Source of the DNA: Octopus sinensis
Lineage: Eukaryota
Length of the DNA stretch: 64,000 nt
Assembly (NCBI RefSeq): GCF_006345805.1
Contig: NC_043009.1
Location: forward strand, 46,686,001-46,750,000
Direction: 5' to 3'
This document shows, in pieces, positions 1 through 12,112 of this stretch (the first letter of the stretch is position 1; every line of letters starts with the position of its first letter). The position numbers were made by a program, and so were the translations under genes. Below the pieces are notes generated by a model, which was given only the letters and a program-made list of their open reading frames with translations, did no database searches and had not been told where the DNA came from.

Positions 1-221
1 GGAAAATGTGGCGCATCCTACATCCGAAGCACAAGAAAACTGCATGTACACATTAAGGAACACATCTACAGAAATGCCAGACTCGGGAGTTCATAGTGCA
101 CGTCAAGGCAACGCAGCGGAACAGGGTCAACCTTAGAATCTCTGAGGTTATCCTCATACACCGAAAGAAAACCAAAATCCATAATAGACAGGAGTTACAG
201 GAAGCTAGCTGGTTGCTGTAG
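1..221 (+). mobile_element. Penelope-like element, GIY-YIG endonuclease C-terminal remnant (frameshifted, runs off window start)
   Basis: Manual translation gives KCGASYIRSTRKLHVHIKEH (C..YIG.T.R.L..RIKEH pattern). After a frameshift it continues VNLRISEVILIHRKKTKIHNRQE. Confidence 0.7.
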
Positions 222-473
222 CAACACTCTTCTGCGCATGTTCACTCTACATACACTTACACACACGTACATCAGCAACATTCTTCAGTTTCTTGAAAAT
301 GGAGTCATAACCCTGAAATATTAAATACAAGGTAAGTACATTAATTCACATATTTGTTTTCTTGTGATTTACCTTGCATTTCCTTTGCATTGTTTTGGCC
401 CCGATCTTTTATACAATATATTCTACACAATGCTTCACAGTAATTATTTCATACATACATATATATATATATA

Positions 474-1939
474 TGGTGGTTTTCTACTCCTTATGCAGAG
501 TTTGACCACCTCCTGTACTTACACCTTAGTACCATCATGGCATCTGATGTGGCTTTTTAAACCAGACAATGTTCTGAAAAGACACCCACACAGATTACAC
601 ATCCGATTTGGACCACCAAGTGATGCAGATAAGTTCTGGTCTTTGTGGATCTTAAAATGTCTTTTGAGGTCTCCGTTAGATTTGCAAACCTTCTGGCACA
701 CACTGCATTCAAAGGTGTGCACAGACATATAGGCATAATAGTTGGTGGAGGTTCGTTTTCCATAGGTTCACAGAGGAGATTTGAGCCCAGCAAAAGACAG
801 GTATGGTTCATCACAGACTGTGTACACAAAAAGGTCATTATCATTCACCTTCTCGATCGTTACATTCTTCCTTAGATCTCTTTTGAGTCTTACTTGCGTA
901 ATCCTGGTCTCTTCAAATGCTTTCACTCCACTCCACACTTTTGTTCGCCATCCAACTCGATCCGAATGAAGGGTTTCTATGTCTTCTGGATCCATGCCAA
1001 GTTACTTCATAGTAGTCCTTATGCCGTCCTTAAACTTTTTTTTTTAGGTTTATGCCGATAGCGTTTCCCCTCTGCAAGCTCACCATAAAACAGCAATTTC
1101 GGCATGCGTTCATCTGCCATCGAACAATATGGCCACACCATCTCATTTCGTTCCTCAAAATCATAGATTTAATTGAGATGATGCCTGCAGATGCAAGGAC
1201 ATCTGTGTTTGGAGTAAAAGAACTCCATTTAATTTTTAAAATGCGATGAAGGCATTTTTGGTGGAATTGTTCTAAATTTAAAATGCCTTTCATAACAAGT
1301 TCATGTTTCACAAGAATACAACAGGGATGGTAAGACAAATGATTTGTAAAGAGCCAGCTTTGTATTCTTATTTATATGTCACTGGCACCAAACGCGTGAC
1401 TCCAAGCCGCCAAATGCTTTTGCTGCCCTTTGCATTCGCAGCTGTATTCCTGTATCAAGATTTCCATCATTTTGTACAGAGCTTCCAAGGTAGATGAATG
1501 AATCGACAACCTCAAGTAACTTACCTTTAACAAAACTTTTAGTGGGGTAACAAACAAAGTTTTGTTAAAGGTTGATGCAGGTTGATGCATTACAAATGCT
1601 TTTTTTCAAGTTGATGGTCAAGCCAAAATCATCACAAGCCGAGTCAAATGCAGATACAAGAGATTGCAGATCTGTTTCAGAATGACTGACAAGATCGCAA
1701 TCGCAAGCATTACAAAGTTCCCTAATGAGTGAAGTAAAAACCTTCGCTTTGAATTTCAGTCTGGTCAGATTAAAGGCATTCCCTGTTGTTCAGAGTTTTG
1801 AAAAGCATGTGACAACACAGCAGCAAAGTGTATTGCAAACAGGGTGAGTGCATCAAGGTTTCCTTGCTTTATTCCATTTTCCACGGAAAAAGATTCAGAG
1901 AGCCTGCCACCAAAGTTAACTCTAGCTTTCATGTCTTTT

Positions 1940-1943
<4 letters not shown>
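474..1943 (-). mobile_element. 5'-truncated RTE-clade LINE remnant (RT C-terminal half plus C-terminal C2H2 fingers)
   Basis: The minus strand gives MKARVNFGGRLSESFSVENGIKQG, IRELCNACDCDLVSHSETDLQSLV..ACDDFGLTINLKK (decayed YADD region), LEQFHQKCLHRILKIKW..RWCGHIVR and DRVGWRTKVWSGVKAFEE. The 3' end runs into (TA)n/(TATG)n. Confidence 0.9.
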
Positions 1944-1976
<33 letters not shown>

Positions 1977-2244
1977 CGAATTCAAAGCAGCTCTAGAGTA
2001 GTAAACATTATCGACCGCACATACTCAATGTATGAATTTGTTCGCCAGTTTTCTGCAGTAGAGTGCCACAGGAACATCTCCTTTATTGCACTGGATGTTA
2101 AAACACCTGAAAGTCATAGATACGGTGACGGTTCGCCCCAGAGCCCTTTCTAGAGTGATGGGTGCCCATATTTCGCCATTAACCAACATCAGTTTCCAAG
2201 CGGTTGTGGGTTAGAAACATACACACACACACACACATACATAC

Positions 2245-2460
2245 ATCATGAACTTCTTTCAATGCCCGTTTATCAAATCACAAGACTTTAATCGGCCCGA
2301 GGCTACAGCGGGAGACATGCAACGGGACTGAACTTGGAACCATGTCTGGGAAGCAAAATACTTACCACATGCACGCGCACGCACATACCATGGCTGTGTG
2401 CTCCGTAATTTGCTTCTCAACCACATGGTGCCGGTTTCAGTTACACTGCTTGTTTTCCAC
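2245..2460. mobile_element. Fragments of tRNA-derived SINE family A (GGCTGTGTGGTAAG...AACCACATGGTTCCGGGTTCAGTCCC type), one in each orientation
   Basis: Similar to more complete copies at 22530-22925, 36616-36900 and 61312-61744. Confidence 0.6.
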
Positions 2461-2526
2461 TATACCCCCGGGCCTATTAATTCCTTGTGGGTGGACTTCA
2501 TATACAGTCATTGAAAAAGCCTGTTG

Positions 2527-2698
2527 TATACATACATACATACATACAAACATACATACATACATACACACATACACACACACATACATACATACATACA
2601 TAATACATACATTCATACATACATACACACACACATACATACATACATACATACATAATACATACATACATACATACATACATACATACATACATACA

Positions 2699-2730
<32 letters not shown>

Positions 2731-2736
2731 CATACA
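2527..2736. repeat. (CATA)n microsatellite, representative of dozens of (TA)n, (CA)n, (CATA)n, (GATA)n, (GA)n and (AAT)n tracts across the window
   Basis: Directly visible tandem repeat. Confidence 0.97.
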
Positions 2737-3753
2737 TGAATGTTCAAGTTTACATGAATTTACATTTAATCTTCGACAATTATAACTTGATATCATCCCA
2801 TTTGTAATAACATCTCTCAATCTATCAGTATTTATATCTGGGATAATAAGAACATTCCTGATCTCTACATTATGACTACATCTAGTATTCTTTTATTTTC
2901 TAATATTATTCTCCCACTATGCTGCATACAAAACACTGGACATTACTGTCTTAGACTGACCATGTTCATAAAAAGCCCTTTTCAAAAATCAGCGCAATGG
3001 CTCTGGAATATCTAACCTTTATACAATGCTAATATGATAATGGGTGCTGACCTGACTATAAACACTAATGTTTTAGTATGTCCCTCTTCCAAATTTGGCA
3101 ATACAATGACCCTACTTCTAGTAAGCGACCCCTATATCATCCCCTTACATACTTCCTCCGTTTTCTATTCTACATGAATATTTTCATCTTTCCTATACCA
3201 ATAGCCATTCCTTCAGTGTTCTGCTTATCATAACAAGAAATGGTTCTGATAAACGTAGCATTAATTTTCTTACGTTGTTCAATTTTCCTCAATTGATCTA
3301 TAGACCAATTGAGTAAACCTATCAGTAATATAATTGTAATGGTTACTAGAAACAGCAGTGAGCTAAATTTGCTCGAATAACAGAAAAATATGTAATGGCT
3401 ATTATTTCAGCTAGTTTCCTATATATCACTCTGTGTAAAAACCAGTTTGTCTGAACCCATTTACGGATTTACTATATAGAATTGTGATGAATAATAAACT
3501 TGGACCCTACCACAAGATTATTTGGAGTTCTTCACTAATATATATATATATATGTGTGTGTGTTGTGTGTGTGTGTGTGTGTGTGTATGTGTGTGTGTGT
3601 GTGTGTATGTGTGTGTGTGTAGATATAAATATATACATGATGTCGTCGCCATCATGTATCGTACGTTTTGCTTTCCACACTGGTAAGTCAAATATAAAAT
3701 AAAACAATAATCCTTACTTCTACGCAAGTCTTTTCTCAGTTAATAAATGCCTC

Positions 3754-3790
<37 letters not shown>

Positions 3791-3956
3791 ATATATATAT
3801 ATATATATATGTTGAAATGCATTAACTGAGAAAGGTCTTGTGTAGGGGAAGAATAGATTATCGTTTTATGTTATAGTTGACATAAAAATGTGGAAAGCAT
3901 AAAATTTATCTGTCATGATGTATTCTGGAAAGAAACATGATTTGCTTCATTTAAAA

Positions 3957-4321
3957 CAGTTGTTCTCAAAGAGGACGATATTGACCACCACCATGATCGT
4001 TCCACATTTTTCAAAGCCCCCCATTCCCTGGATCTTTCAATGGATCTTTCGGGGCGCCTGAGGTGGAGGCATTGAAAGATCCAGGGAATGGGGGTGGGCT
4101 TTGAAAAATGTGGAACGATCATGGCGTGGTCAGAAGTGAGTGACGGATGTAAAAATATCAAAATAATGGGCTAATTAGATTTAGTTTTATCAGTGAAATA
4201 CAGTTGTTTTGAATTCACGGCAGAAATTGGTTTCTATTTGTGGTAGTGAATTGGTGTGGGATGCCAGGAATTTGGTCTAAGTGCCAAGGTGGCAGCAGTC
4301 TGAAAGAGTTTAGGAACATTT
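3957..4321. mobile_element. hAT/Charlie-type MITE with long internal palindrome
   Basis: Starts CAGTTGTTCTCAAA, resembling the Charlie-type TIR CAGTGGTTCTCAAA, and has a decayed right end GTTTAGGAACATTT. Near-perfect inverted arms at 3982-4042 and 4070-4132. Confidence 0.55.
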
Positions 4322-4419
4322 TCAAAGATCATGGATCAGAGCGCCGGAATTTGAACTCAGAACGTTAAGACGGATGAAATGCCGCTAAGCATTTTCTACG
4401 TTGTGCTATTCACCGCCTC

Positions 4420-4475
<56 letters not shown>

Positions 4476-4488
4476 GATGATTATGATG

Positions 4489-4549
<61 letters not shown>

Positions 4550-4559
4550 TGATGATAAT

Positions 4560-5100
4560 AGGGTGCTTGGTACCAACATACACCGGAAAAGGAAATGGAC
4601 GATATCTGGATGGTAAAAATCCTCTGGGACTTTTGACTTCCAGACAGACAAGGTATTAGAGTACCGAAGGCCAGATATAATAACCTTTAGGAGGGAGAAA
4701 CAAAAGTACCTAATAATCACAACGAGGCAGTGCTAGGAGATCGGCATAGTCTCATGAAAGAAAGAGAAAAGATTGATAAATATAGAGACCTGAGAATGAG
4801 ATCGCCAAGATATGGCTGCTACGAGATTCAAACATAAAGGTTGACCCTGTTGTCATCGGAGCATTGGTTTCTATATCAACAAACCTGAAGAAACATCTGG
4901 AAACTTTAGGAACTCCCTACAATCTAGCTGTATTGTAAGAATCAGCATTACTAGGAACTACACGCATATTGCGTAAAGTACTGTCTGTCTGAGGTCCTTA
5001 TTGTGACTTGACAGACTGTACAAACCCCCGGTAGACACAATATCTTCAACCAACAACATCACGATATTGGATATTGTGTGACGTCTTAAATAATAACGAT
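4560..5100 (+). mobile_element. R4/Dong-like non-LTR retrotransposon 3' fragment (restriction-like endonuclease domain)
   Basis: Translates across frameshifts to WYQHTPEK..KILWDFDFQTDKVLEYRRPDII..KEREKIDKYRDL..VVIGAL..SALLGTTRILRKVL. Flanked by (AAT)n-type repeats on both sides. Confidence 0.85.
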
Positions 5101-5120
5101 TCTACTACTACTACTACTAC

Positions 5121-5152
<32 letters not shown>

Positions 5153-5179
5153 TAATAATAATAATAATGATGATGATGT

Positions 5180-5246
<67 letters not shown>

Positions 5247-5361
5247 AAGAAGAATAAAAGAAGAAGAAGAAGAAGAAGAAGAAGAAGAAGAAGAAGAAGA
5301 AGAAGAACAACAACAACAACAACAACAACAACAACTACTACTACTACTACTACTACTACTA
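5101..5361. repeat. Compound trinucleotide microsatellite (ACT)(AAT)(GAT)(GAA)(CAA)(CTA)
   Basis: Directly visible. Confidence 0.95.
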
Positions 5362-5530
5362 CAAGGCCCTGTCAATCTCCTACAGAATGTTTGTCTCTTA
5401 GGAATAGCAAGGATTATCAGAAGGGTTCTAAGCACTCGAAAGACTGCTGAAAACTTGTGGATACTTAAGGTTACAGGTAGTAACCCGATATCCACACAAA
5501 TCCTACCGGGAATAAGACCGAACCCGAACC
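5362..5530 (+). mobile_element. R4/Dong-like extreme 3' fragment
   Basis: PVNLLQNVCLLGIARIIRRVLS matches the LQK..LLGTA.ILR.VL C-terminus of the other copies. Followed by an (AAC)/(AAT)n tail. Confidence 0.7.
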
Positions 5531-6186
5531 AAACAACAGCAACAACAACAAAAATAGTAATAAAAATAATAATAATAATAATAATAAATAATAATAATAA
5601 TAATAATATAATAATAATAATAATAATAAATACTTTGATGCAGTACCAGGCTGTGGCCCTCATGGTTTCTGATCTTAACTGATTGGAAGTGTTATCATGT
5701 ACGTTGTTTTGTCTTTGTATAAAAGATGGGCTACAGCAAATATTCTGCTAAATACCACAGATTAGCTTGTCAATTGCTTGAGCTTCACCAGTTGAGCATG
5801 CCCTTAGGGCTGACAATATGTACATCCCTGATCACAAGCGTGAGTAGCAGGGAAGCATGATAACCATGTGTTGAGTGGAATTCTTTGGGATTTGAATAAT
5901 TCACCTCGGAAACATGGGTGTTTCGTTCAACATCCTTAAACAACCCTTATTCAGGGAAATTTTGAGCCAGGTAGGCTACACGAGCTGAAGAAAATTCTAA
6001 CTCAGCTCTAGCTGCAAGGTAATGCACTGTTTGTTTTGATATGAGATCACCATTTCGCGCACATATGGATATTTTGTATGTCCCTGGTGTACCCTTATCA
6101 GACGGGTAGTCGTTTTGGGTATACTGGGCTTCTTATATTTGTACTCCAGTGCCATTTTGATGGCATGCAGTGCTTTCTCATTCAAT

Positions 6187-6219
<33 letters not shown>

Positions 6220-6229
6220 AATAATAATA

Positions 6230-6289
<60 letters not shown>

Positions 6290-7159
6290 TAATACTACTA
6301 CTAATAATAATAATTATTATTATAATTGCTTTTGTATTTGTTTTTTATGAATATTGATGTGAATTCGTGTGTTGTAACAAATTTTGTTCTAAGCTTGGGA
6401 GGGTCATCACTCAATAATTAAACACACCACACACACACACACACTGGTTCCTTTTCACTTGCTTATTATTAGTCAATTGGTTATCGGTCATCAGCAATCG
6501 TTTTCATGACTTGCCCCCTCTATCTCTCTCTCCTTTACTCTCTCTCTCTCAATCTCTCTTTCTCATTCCCTCTCTCTCCTCCTCCTCCTCCTCCTCTCTC
6601 TCTCTCTCTCTCTTTCTCTTTCTACTACAGGTCATCTTCGAATCTGCTTGTGATTCAATCATGATTTATCAGTGTATGAGTATAGTCTTAAATGAAAAGT
6701 GGGGAGAGGAAGGGAGAGCGAGTGTATGTGCATCTGTGTATGTGTTTATGCGTGTGTGTGTGAGCATGCGTTCCTGCGTATGTACATTATAGTTTGTGTG
6801 TATGTGTGTATACGTGTGTACGTATGCTTATGTATGTTTGTGTTTGGTGCAGTCGGTTGTATGAGTGTATATTTAAATGTGTATGCGTGCGCGCACGTGC
6901 GTGCATTTGTGTGTGTATATGCATGTGTGTGCGTGCGTATGTGTGTGTGTGTGTGTGTACTTTTGTGAGGGGATATGTTGGAATTACTTGCAAATATTCC
7001 GTTTTGCTGTTGTTATTCTAATCCTTTTATGTCTCCCCACTACTTTTTTTACTTGATCCCCTCCCCCAGCTTTTATTAATGTGCAATATAGTGTGTCGGT
7101 AGTGGCAGCGGTGTTGTGGTTCGTATAATTTATTTATTTATTTATTTATTGTACTTTTT

Positions 7160-8100
7160 GGTTCGTAATGGCATCGATTGTTTTATGAGAATACACTCTC
7201 GTATTTATTGTAATGATGTGCGATACGAGTGTGCTCACAGAGTCTTAATACATATTTGGTTCAGCATGGCACCGTATTTATCTTTGGCATGTTGAAAGCG
7301 TATAGTTCTTTTTGCCATAGTACTCAGGCCAATTCTCATTCCCTCTCTCTGCCAAACTTTTAGAAATTTCAGCAATGTATGCCGAAGTCGAGTTCTTACT
7401 CTCGCTCTCCATACATTTTAAACGGTAGATTACAGTTTTGCTGTTAATCCTAGGGCAAAATGTATAAACAAGCAGTTCCTATCTGTACACGCATTCCTAT
7501 CAAAAGCATATTTTACTTATTTGTGATCTACAACTTAAATATTAAGTTTAGCGAAACGAACAGCCTTTCTAAATTTACGGACTAAATCCCTATTTGGTGT
7601 AGTTTCTACAAACTTCACTCTTTGAAATTTGCTTGTGTTTTACCACGAGTTTATCTTATTTGTCTTTACAAATCCTTTATAATCTATTCCATAGTTTATC
7701 ACGGTATCTAGGACGAGTTCCCTTATTATACTTATAATATTATCTAATTTTTTGTTGCTCTCTTGTACACACTGAGCCTGTCTTTCTGGCTGTAGTCATA
7801 GAACTACATGCAGTACATATCTTGTACATGTTTCTTGAAGGGTCATATGTTCTTCGTTATCATAACTAAAGCTTCTAATAAGAATAGTGCTTTGTTATCT
7901 ATAGTCCCACAGCCAAAATTCAGGATGAAGGGCAGCCAGTTGCATTGTAGGGTAGTCTATCGTTACTTTGATACTTTGGTAGATGAAGTTACCTGCGTGC
8001 TGAACGTTCTCCAGGGCTTTCTTTTCAGGGTCTATGTGGATGCTGTCTTTATAACAAAAATGTTAAATCATCTACAAAGCACAGTATGACCGCTGTCAAA
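7160..8100 (-). mobile_element. Decayed Penelope-like element (RT thumb, linker, GIY-YIG)
   Basis: Minus-strand pieces NFIYQSIKVTIDYP, GTRPRYRDKLWN, VKFVETTPNRDL..LNI*VV, VIYRLKCME..AYIAEISKSLAERGNE and HAKDKYG..IRECILIKQSMP. The last piece is homologous to the 45318-45551 fragment. Confidence 0.8.
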
Positions 8101-8520
8101 TGGTCTTCTAGAAATTGCCGAGGTTTTTTTGTCTCATCGATGATCAATGATCAATGCGCTAACTAAACAGAAAAAAATACACTAAATAAATAAATTATAT
8201 GAACAACAATACCACTGCCACTTCCAACACATTATATTACACACCGATAAACGTGTACTGGGGAACAAAAGGGGAAGAAAGTAAAAAATAAAAATTTTAG
8301 AATAACAACAGAATGTGAACGACATGTTTACTAATATTTTCAGCCCACATCCATAATACACACAGACACACGCAGACACACACACACAGATGGACACACA
8401 GACAAACGTACACAAATAAGTGCGCGCACGCACATACACGTACACGCACACATGCACACACAAACACACACACATACATACATACGTACATACATACGTA
8501 CATAATACATAATACATACA

Positions 8521-8554
<34 letters not shown>

Positions 8555-10310
8555 CATACATAATGCATACATACATACATGCATACATACATGCAAATAT
8601 ACATCCGCAGAAGTGTCTACGCTTCACACACACACTTACACTCACACTTACCGTCACTCTCTCATTCACTCATCAAACCCACTGTATCACACATCAGCAC
8701 GTCAGGAAGTGTGTATGTGTGCATGAGTGCACACAAATAAGTAAAAAAAAAAGCATATTCACAAAATTGTGCACACATATACAATCATTCATAGATCAAC
8801 CAACTGCACCACATACACACAAGCACACACACACACAGACACACAGACACACTCACACTCAAACACCAGGACATTTGCCGGAACACACACTCACACGCAC
8901 CAGCAAACATGCTCAAACACACACACAGGATGACATGCAGATTAGAAGATGTCATGGAGTAGAGAAAGAGAGAGCAGATGATTAGAATCATTGCTGATCA
9001 CCAGAGAAGCCTCTCACACAGACACACGCGCGCACACACTCGAACACATACATACGCACACAAACATATGCGCAGGCACCGCTTGGCAACCCGCACCGAG
9101 TTAGTCAAATTCTAAAAGTTATAATAGAAGACACTAGTCCATGTTGCCTTGCTGTGGGATCAAACTTCGAAGCCTATGTTTACAAAGGAAACCTCTAAAC
9201 CAATACCTGTGCTACAGTTCAACTCTTATTCAACATGCATGAGACTTCTTCCTCACCTTTGATGAATACGAGCCATTTTCGGACGCCATTAAGATTATTT
9301 AGTTTCAGTTTCTTTCTACAGTCAAAATGTCGTCGAGTACGTAAATATAAATGAATACATGAGTTCATTCACAATAATTTTTATGCATATTTAATAGATA
9401 TAGATAAATTACCGGAATCTTGATATATTCAATGGTTTAAGCCTAATAAATATCTCTCTGTAACGCACCTTTCTATAACTCACGGTAGCAATATTTGTTC
9501 GGCTATGTTGCTGATATATTTTGCATTCAGAATTTCAACAAACATTAGCCAAAACTAATGCTTTCATGCAAACGTAATTTAATGTCTCACATAATATTGT
9601 GTAAGAAATTCGTAAATATATACCTGTTTTGCAAGGCGCATCGCCTTGCTAGCCTTGGTGATTTGAGAAGAATAGGATGTCAACAAAATTATTGAAATTA
9701 TTGAATCATGACTTATGACTTTTGAAGTTAGATTCACAGCATCTTCGACAATGAGTTGAATGAGTGTACATGTATACTGTTGCTCGTCTGCCAGAAATTT
9801 CCTCCATACATTATTCTACATTTCTATGAAAGAAACAGAGGAAATAAGATGGTATGCGCTTGGATACGCTATAGCCGAAAAGAAAAGGCAGCTTTATCAC
9901 AACTTGAAAATGTTAGCTCATATGTTTGATCACGCAAAGCTATGGTCAGCAACACTCCAGCCATGACTATTGTATGTCATTGGGGACACTACAACTCCAT
10001 TATCTAATGTACTTTTCCCTCTTCAATATTAGCCACATAGGATTTGAAAGAAGTTTCGTTTTGTCATATCAAGCGTATCAATCGCTTTCTTACTCGATGA
10101 TTCATATGTGCTTAAGCGGGTGAATTAGTTGATGGAGTACTATCAGGTTGACTAAAAAGTAAGCAACGTTTTGAGCCATGAAGAATTTATACCGGATTTT
10201 TGAAGAGTTTTGAATATGCTTTTTTGAAATTGTCTGATACGATAGATATGCCCAAAATGCATCAATAAATTAACATTAATATTTTTTCACCGTTGTTACA
10301 ATCATCTGAA

Positions 10311-12112
10311 ATGGAACTGTCAAAGCGCGATATTCGAGCAATTTCGCTATTCAACTTCAAAAAAGGACGTAAAGCAGCTGAAACTACTCGTGAGTATCAA
10401 TGAAACGTTCAGTTCGAATCTACTGTGTTATTTTGTTTTATGCGTTTGTAAAAATATTGAATGCTGCGTGCTGCTTTGCAGTGGTTTGGGTGTATGCGTG
10501 TGTTTGGGCTTTGTCTTCTCGTAAGAGGACGGTTAGCTTGCAAAAGGTTGTCTGAAGAAAGTTATAGTTACTCGGACACATCATCGTCCGAAGAGGAGTT
10601 GCTAGAGGCGATCCAGAAAATGGATCACAAACTGAGAACGGACAACAGAAATTTTGATGATGCAGCAAGGTTTAAGGAAACCGAACTAAACACTGAGGAG
10701 CTAGGAAAACACAGAAGCGAAATGAACCGAGATGGGTTCGAAGTAAAACTGCCATACCCCCTACCCCCACCCCCAGGAAGTAAGAAACGGAGTTAAGGAA
10801 AAAACTATTAGCTATCGAACCTTTTCGATAAGTACAGGAAAGATCGATGTCGTCACGACGGAACGAGTAAAAATGGCGTTAAAGCCGATTTGGGACGACG
10901 TAGTACACTTGGCAAGAGGCTCAGAGTTTGGAACAGTGGAAGTGAGATTTCAAAATGCAGCAGCAGCAAGGAAACAGGCAGCGACTACCATACGGAATGC
11001 AGAAGTGGTGCTTTTCACCACGTACAGAGGTATGAGAGCAACGAGAATTACGGTCGAAGGAATCCCTCCAGAAATCGATGTGGCCTGGGTGGCAGATGCT
11101 GTCCTCTTTGGAAATGAGGACAACATAGTGGTGCTCCAGGACACGAAAAGGGATTGCGTTAACTGGAGAGGACGATTACTGAATAGGATAGTCCAGGGAT
11201 CGAAAGAAACGTTGGAAAGGATCACAGAATCGATAACATTAGAAGAAATAGTAATGACAGTCATCAGGCCGCATTTAAAGCAGACTGTTCAATAAGGTCA
11301 AGAAATCCAGAGGAAAACAACTAGATAATATTGAGGAGGTTAAAGAAGAGAGCCGCAGAAAGGAAGAAACCAAAAAAGAAGAGGAAGGTGTGCAAACAGT
11401 AGAAAATGGGAAAAAGATCCTGGTAGATAAAGAAAAAAGGCAAGTGAACTAAACTGTAAACACCATTCCACACCCATCCCACCCACACCCTCTCAGATTC
11501 ACCCTCTCCCTGTAAACACCAAGCCTACCCATTCCCATCCAACACAGAAACAAAAAAACAAACACACACAAAGAAGCTCGAAACCCCTCCCCCAAGGTAA
11601 AAGAAAAAAGAAAGAAAAGATGCAGACTGTTGAATAAAATGGCGACATGGGATATTAAGTGTGTTGAAACTACTAGGTCTGATAACATTGAAGGATATCA
11701 CACGTGTGTGATACCTGATAAGAAGCAGGAGGAGAGAATACTTGCGTTTGCGGTAGGATTTATTTTTTGGGAGGTGGACTGCAGCTGGAACTCACTTCTC
11801 ATTATTACAACATACGATAGGTGGTTGGAGGAGACGGGAATTGATCTTTTAGAAGGATCAGGGTTCAAAAGGTAGAAAATGAGGCCACTCGTAAATGGAG
11901 CGAGTGGTCCCATTTACATGTTTTATATTCATATTTCCATGCATTATAACATACATTTTTGTTTTATTTTATTTGTTTTATGTCCCACATGTCTCACTGT
12001 TTTGTCCCCTGTGTGTGTCCCGGTATGGGAAATAAAAAAAAAAGCAACGAAACGTTTAGTAAGGAAATGACCAGTGAGTGGTCAGCTTGAAAATGGTTTA
12101 AACGATTTCGCA
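10311..12112 (+). mobile_element. Mariner transposase N-terminal (HTH) fragment split by a retroelement insertion (pieces 10311-10409 and 12045-12112)
   Basis: MELSKRDIRAISLFNFKKGRKAAETTR/INETF joins to NETFSKEMTSEWSA*KWFKRFR across the insertion. Confidence 0.85.
10410..12044 (+). mobile_element. 1.63-kb retroposed element encoding only a decayed L1/Tx1-type ORF1-like protein (HAL1-like)
   Basis: TSD CAATGAAACGTT (10398-10409) / CAACGAAACGTT (12045-12056). AATAAA plus an A-tail at 12031-12043. ORF pieces 10461-10796 and 10873-11295 (RGSEFGTVEVRF..TRITVEGIPPEI). No RT or endonuclease motifs seen. Confidence 0.75.

Noticed and set aside
519-728. Stand-alone C2H2 host gene
   Set aside because: It is colinear with, and on the same strand as, the RTE ORF and lies just before its tail.
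2342-2820. Numerous ORFs rich in YI/HT/CV/MY repeats here and throughout the window
   Set aside because: They are translations of (TA)n, (CA)n and (CATA)n microsatellites with no coding signal.
5046-5682. 200-aa homopolymer ORFs on both strands
   Set aside because: Compound trinucleotide microsatellite plus a Dong-like tail fragment.
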